Assembly (NCBI GenBank): GCA_028534125.1
Contig: CM052816.1
Span: 68,324,001-68,388,000 of the forward strand
From: Lama glama
Taxonomy: Eukaryota
Reading direction: 5' to 3'
Length of the DNA: 64,000 nt
Under the pieces are notes generated by a model. It was given only the letters and a program-made list of their open reading frames with translations, was not told the origin of the DNA and ran no database searches. Both the position numbers and the translations under genes were made by a program. Positions 61,552 through 64,000 of the stretch are shown in pieces (the first letter of the stretch is position 1; every line of letters begins with the position of its first letter).

Positions 61552-61734
61552 GTAAGTTCAAACCTATTTTCTTTGAAAAATGTTGAGTCTTGTACTAATA
61601 AAGACATTTTGTCCCTTTTAAATAGGGATATATCTCATTATGTTTAATTTGATGATGATGAAATTTTACAAAATTCTAATAATGTACTAAATTCTGATGA
61701 TTTTCAGTTAGCAAATACCTTTGTTCTGTTTCAG

Positions 61735-61773
61735 CACCTTCCAAAGGACCTACTGTCCGGACAAAAAAAGTGG
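61735..61773 (+). CDS. IL6ST: IL6ST exon 13, visible 5' part only (remainder in N-gap)
   Basis: gtttcag|CA; PPSKGPTVRTKKVG, then Ns from 61774. Confidence 0.93.
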
Positions 61774-61905
61774 NNNNNNNNNNNNNNNNNNNNNNNNNNN
61801 NNNNNNNNNNNNNNNNNNNNNNNNNNNNNNNNNNNNNNNNNNNNNNNNNNNNNNNNNNNNNNNNNNNNNNNNNNNNNNNNNNNNNNNNNNNNNNNNNNNN
61901 NNNNN
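61774..61905. other. Assembly gap (132 N) covering most of exon 13
   Basis: Run of N starting mid-exon. Confidence 0.98.
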
Positions 61906-62175
61906 ATGTCTTCTCTTAAGCTTTTAAATACTAATTTGTCTCGTCTTCTTATGTTATACATCTTAGTATAGTATGTTAATACAGTTATATGTGTAGTAAC
62001 CTCAGAAAAGAGATACCTGAGAATATGCCTTGTGGTTGCTTTCATGGTCCTATTAAAGAAACATTGTTTTCTGGTAAAATATATTTTGATTCCTTTTTAA
62101 TACTGTCAAACTGTCAAATATAGGCTAAACCAAGCAGGAGTAGTTGAATAAAGCACACTTATTGATTTCTTCCAG

Positions 62176-62316
62176 CTGTGAATGTGGATTCTTCCCACAC
62201 AGAATATACACTGTCCTCTTTGACTAGTGACACTTTGTATATGGTACGAATGGCAGCGTACACAGATGAAGGTGGGAAGGATGGTCCAGAATTCACTTTC
62301 ACTACACCAAAGTTCG
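62176..62316 (+). CDS. IL6ST: IL6ST exon 14, end of D6
   Basis: cttccag|CT...TTCG|gtaaga; 141 nt; VNVDSSHTEYTLSSLTSDTLYMVRMAAYTDEGGKDGPEFTFTTPKF. Confidence 0.98.
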
Positions 62317-63660
62317 GTAAGAAATACGATGTTTGATCTTTTCTTTCTTTTTTCCCTTTTAAAATTTAATGAGACTAAAAATGGGCTTAATTTATATGCC
62401 AAAATTTTATTAAAAGTGCATCTTTGGAATCATATAAATGAAGTGTTAATGAATTAATGATTTTTATATTATTGTAGCTGGTTATTTCTTTCAGCTATAG
62501 AAAATATTTTTCCATACCTTTTTTGTTGTTTCACTATTTCTGACTAATTTCACCAATACTCTGTAAATCCCGAAAGAATTTGTTTAACTTTCTAAATAGG
62601 TTCATTTTTTTTTTTTACTGGCAGAACTTGGGTGTGGTCTCTTCTCTCGTTCTTCCTTTTATAGGCAGGTTGCTGGCACTAGTCCACCCTTCCAGTCGCC
62701 ATTTCCCTACCTCCAGCTCGGTCTTTAACTTGCTGAAACTAGGCTTCCAATCCACTATTCCACTGAAACCTCTCTAGTGTCACTCATAGACGACCTCTTA
62801 GTTGCCCTATCCCGTGCATGCTTTTTAGTCATCTTTCTTCCCCCAGACTTCCAGCTTTTGATTGTTGGCCTCTCCATCCTTGAATCCTCCTCTTCCCTTA
62901 ATTCTCCTCACTTTTTGTTTGTTTTTCTAGTAGCACTCTCCTGAGTCTCCTCCCTCTGATATTTCCTTCTCCTTTTTGGCCATTTTAAATGTTTTATGTT
63001 CTCCAGAGCTCTGTTCTTGGGAGTATTTTCTTATCTGCCTATTCAAATTCCCTGTCTGTGACTTCAGCCATCCTCTCTTCCCTTCCCAAATACATTTTTC
63101 TTTGTTCCATGCCACAATCATCCAATTCTTCATCAAAGCTAGAAATTTAGATGCAATTGTAGTAAAATTTCGTATCTTTTTCACTTACATAAGCCAAGTA
63201 TCAAGTGCAGTTGATCACGCCTTCTAATACTGCTTGTACTTACCCTTTCATAATCTTCTTTGACCTTTAACTTATCATCATTTTCTCCACCTTTGTGTCT
63301 CTTCCTAGTGTGTTGCCTTCTTCACCTCATTGTTTTGGCCTTTCCTGTAGCCTCCTGAAAGCAGACCAAAACTGCATTCTTTCCTATAACTAGTTCATTT
63401 TGAATCATTATAGAAATCACCTTATTTTATTATAATTGTATTTGTAACCACCACCCCCAAGCACCAACATAGTGAATGATAAGTAGTAAGTTACATATTC
63501 CTTGTTGGTTGAATGAGAGAATAAATGGATAAGTGACCACATAAAGTACATATTTATTAAAAGATCTTGAGCTTTGCTCTGATGGCCAATAATGAATGTA
63601 GTCTATGGGATAAGATTTGTGGTGACAATGTTAATCAAATATATATACCTGTAACAAATA

Positions 63661-63864
63661 CAGGCTTCCCCCACTATCCAAAAGCAGAGTGTACCTATCA
63701 AACCTTTCATAAGCCAAAATGGCATAAAGTGAAGAGTATCCCCCACTTTCTGAAAGTTCATACTAAGCCACTTCAATAGTAGTACCGTTATTGTACTAAC
63801 TGTAGATCTTTTGTAAAAGCTTAGTGGCGTAATGCAAACTTTCCACAAGTGGGGGGGATACCTA
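63661..63864. mobile_element. Tc1/mariner (Tigger-like) MITE
   Basis: TA|CAGGCTTCCCCCAC...GTGGGGGGGATACCTA|TA with internal inverted repeats. Confidence 0.65.
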
Positions 63865-64000
63865 TAATATCTGAAATAAATAAAACTTTGTGCCGTGATC
63901 TTTAGAAAAATAAATTTTAAAACTTTTAATTATCCTATACAGTAAAATACAAAGAGGAAGAAAAATCATTCCTAATCCCTCATCCAAAATAATCTTTACC

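Larger units (their letters stand above)
32050..64000 (+). other. IL6ST: IL6ST (gp130) gene, 5' portion; continues past the window end
   Basis: Spliced exons translate to MLTLHTWIVQALFIFLTTGSIGELLEPCG...WSDWS...FTTPKF, the recognisable gp130 ectodomain. Splice phases are consistent. TSS position is approximate. Confidence 0.98.

Noticed and set aside
1-64000. CRISPR arrays, operons or other prokaryote-type systems
   Set aside because: The sequence is mammalian, with spliceosomal introns; no regularly spaced repeat-spacer array was seen.

Overview
Mammalian genomic DNA, most likely a camelid, judging from three tRNA-derived SINEs that resemble the camelid Vic-1 family. The window holds the 5' part of IL6ST (gp130, the shared IL-6-family signal transducer) on the + strand. 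About 31 kb of repeat-rich upstream DNA precedes a TATA-less CpG-island promoter (~31.6-32.5 kb) carrying a TTACGGGAA STAT element, two CCAAT boxes 32 bp apart and GC boxes. Non-coding exon 1 ends at 32281. Twelve coding exons (human numbering 3-14, 44161-62316) encode the signal peptide and ectodomain D1-D6; exon 13 is cut by an N-gap, and the transmembrane and cytoplasmic exons lie beyond the window. All visible junctions are in phase. I found no convincing wholly new biological system. The most interesting details are an out-of-frame AUG 7 nt before the start codon, a GC-AG intron, several routes to soluble gp130 (exon 9 skip giving NIASF*, intron 10 giving GLCP*, a candidate intron 12 poly(A) site), a TSD-flanked antisense retrocopy resembling the TUBB 3'UTR, a twin-primed inverted L1, a two-part L1 insertion, and a V252F change at the cytokine-binding site. 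Human comparisons and repeat family names are from memory, not from searches, and repeat boundaries are approximate.
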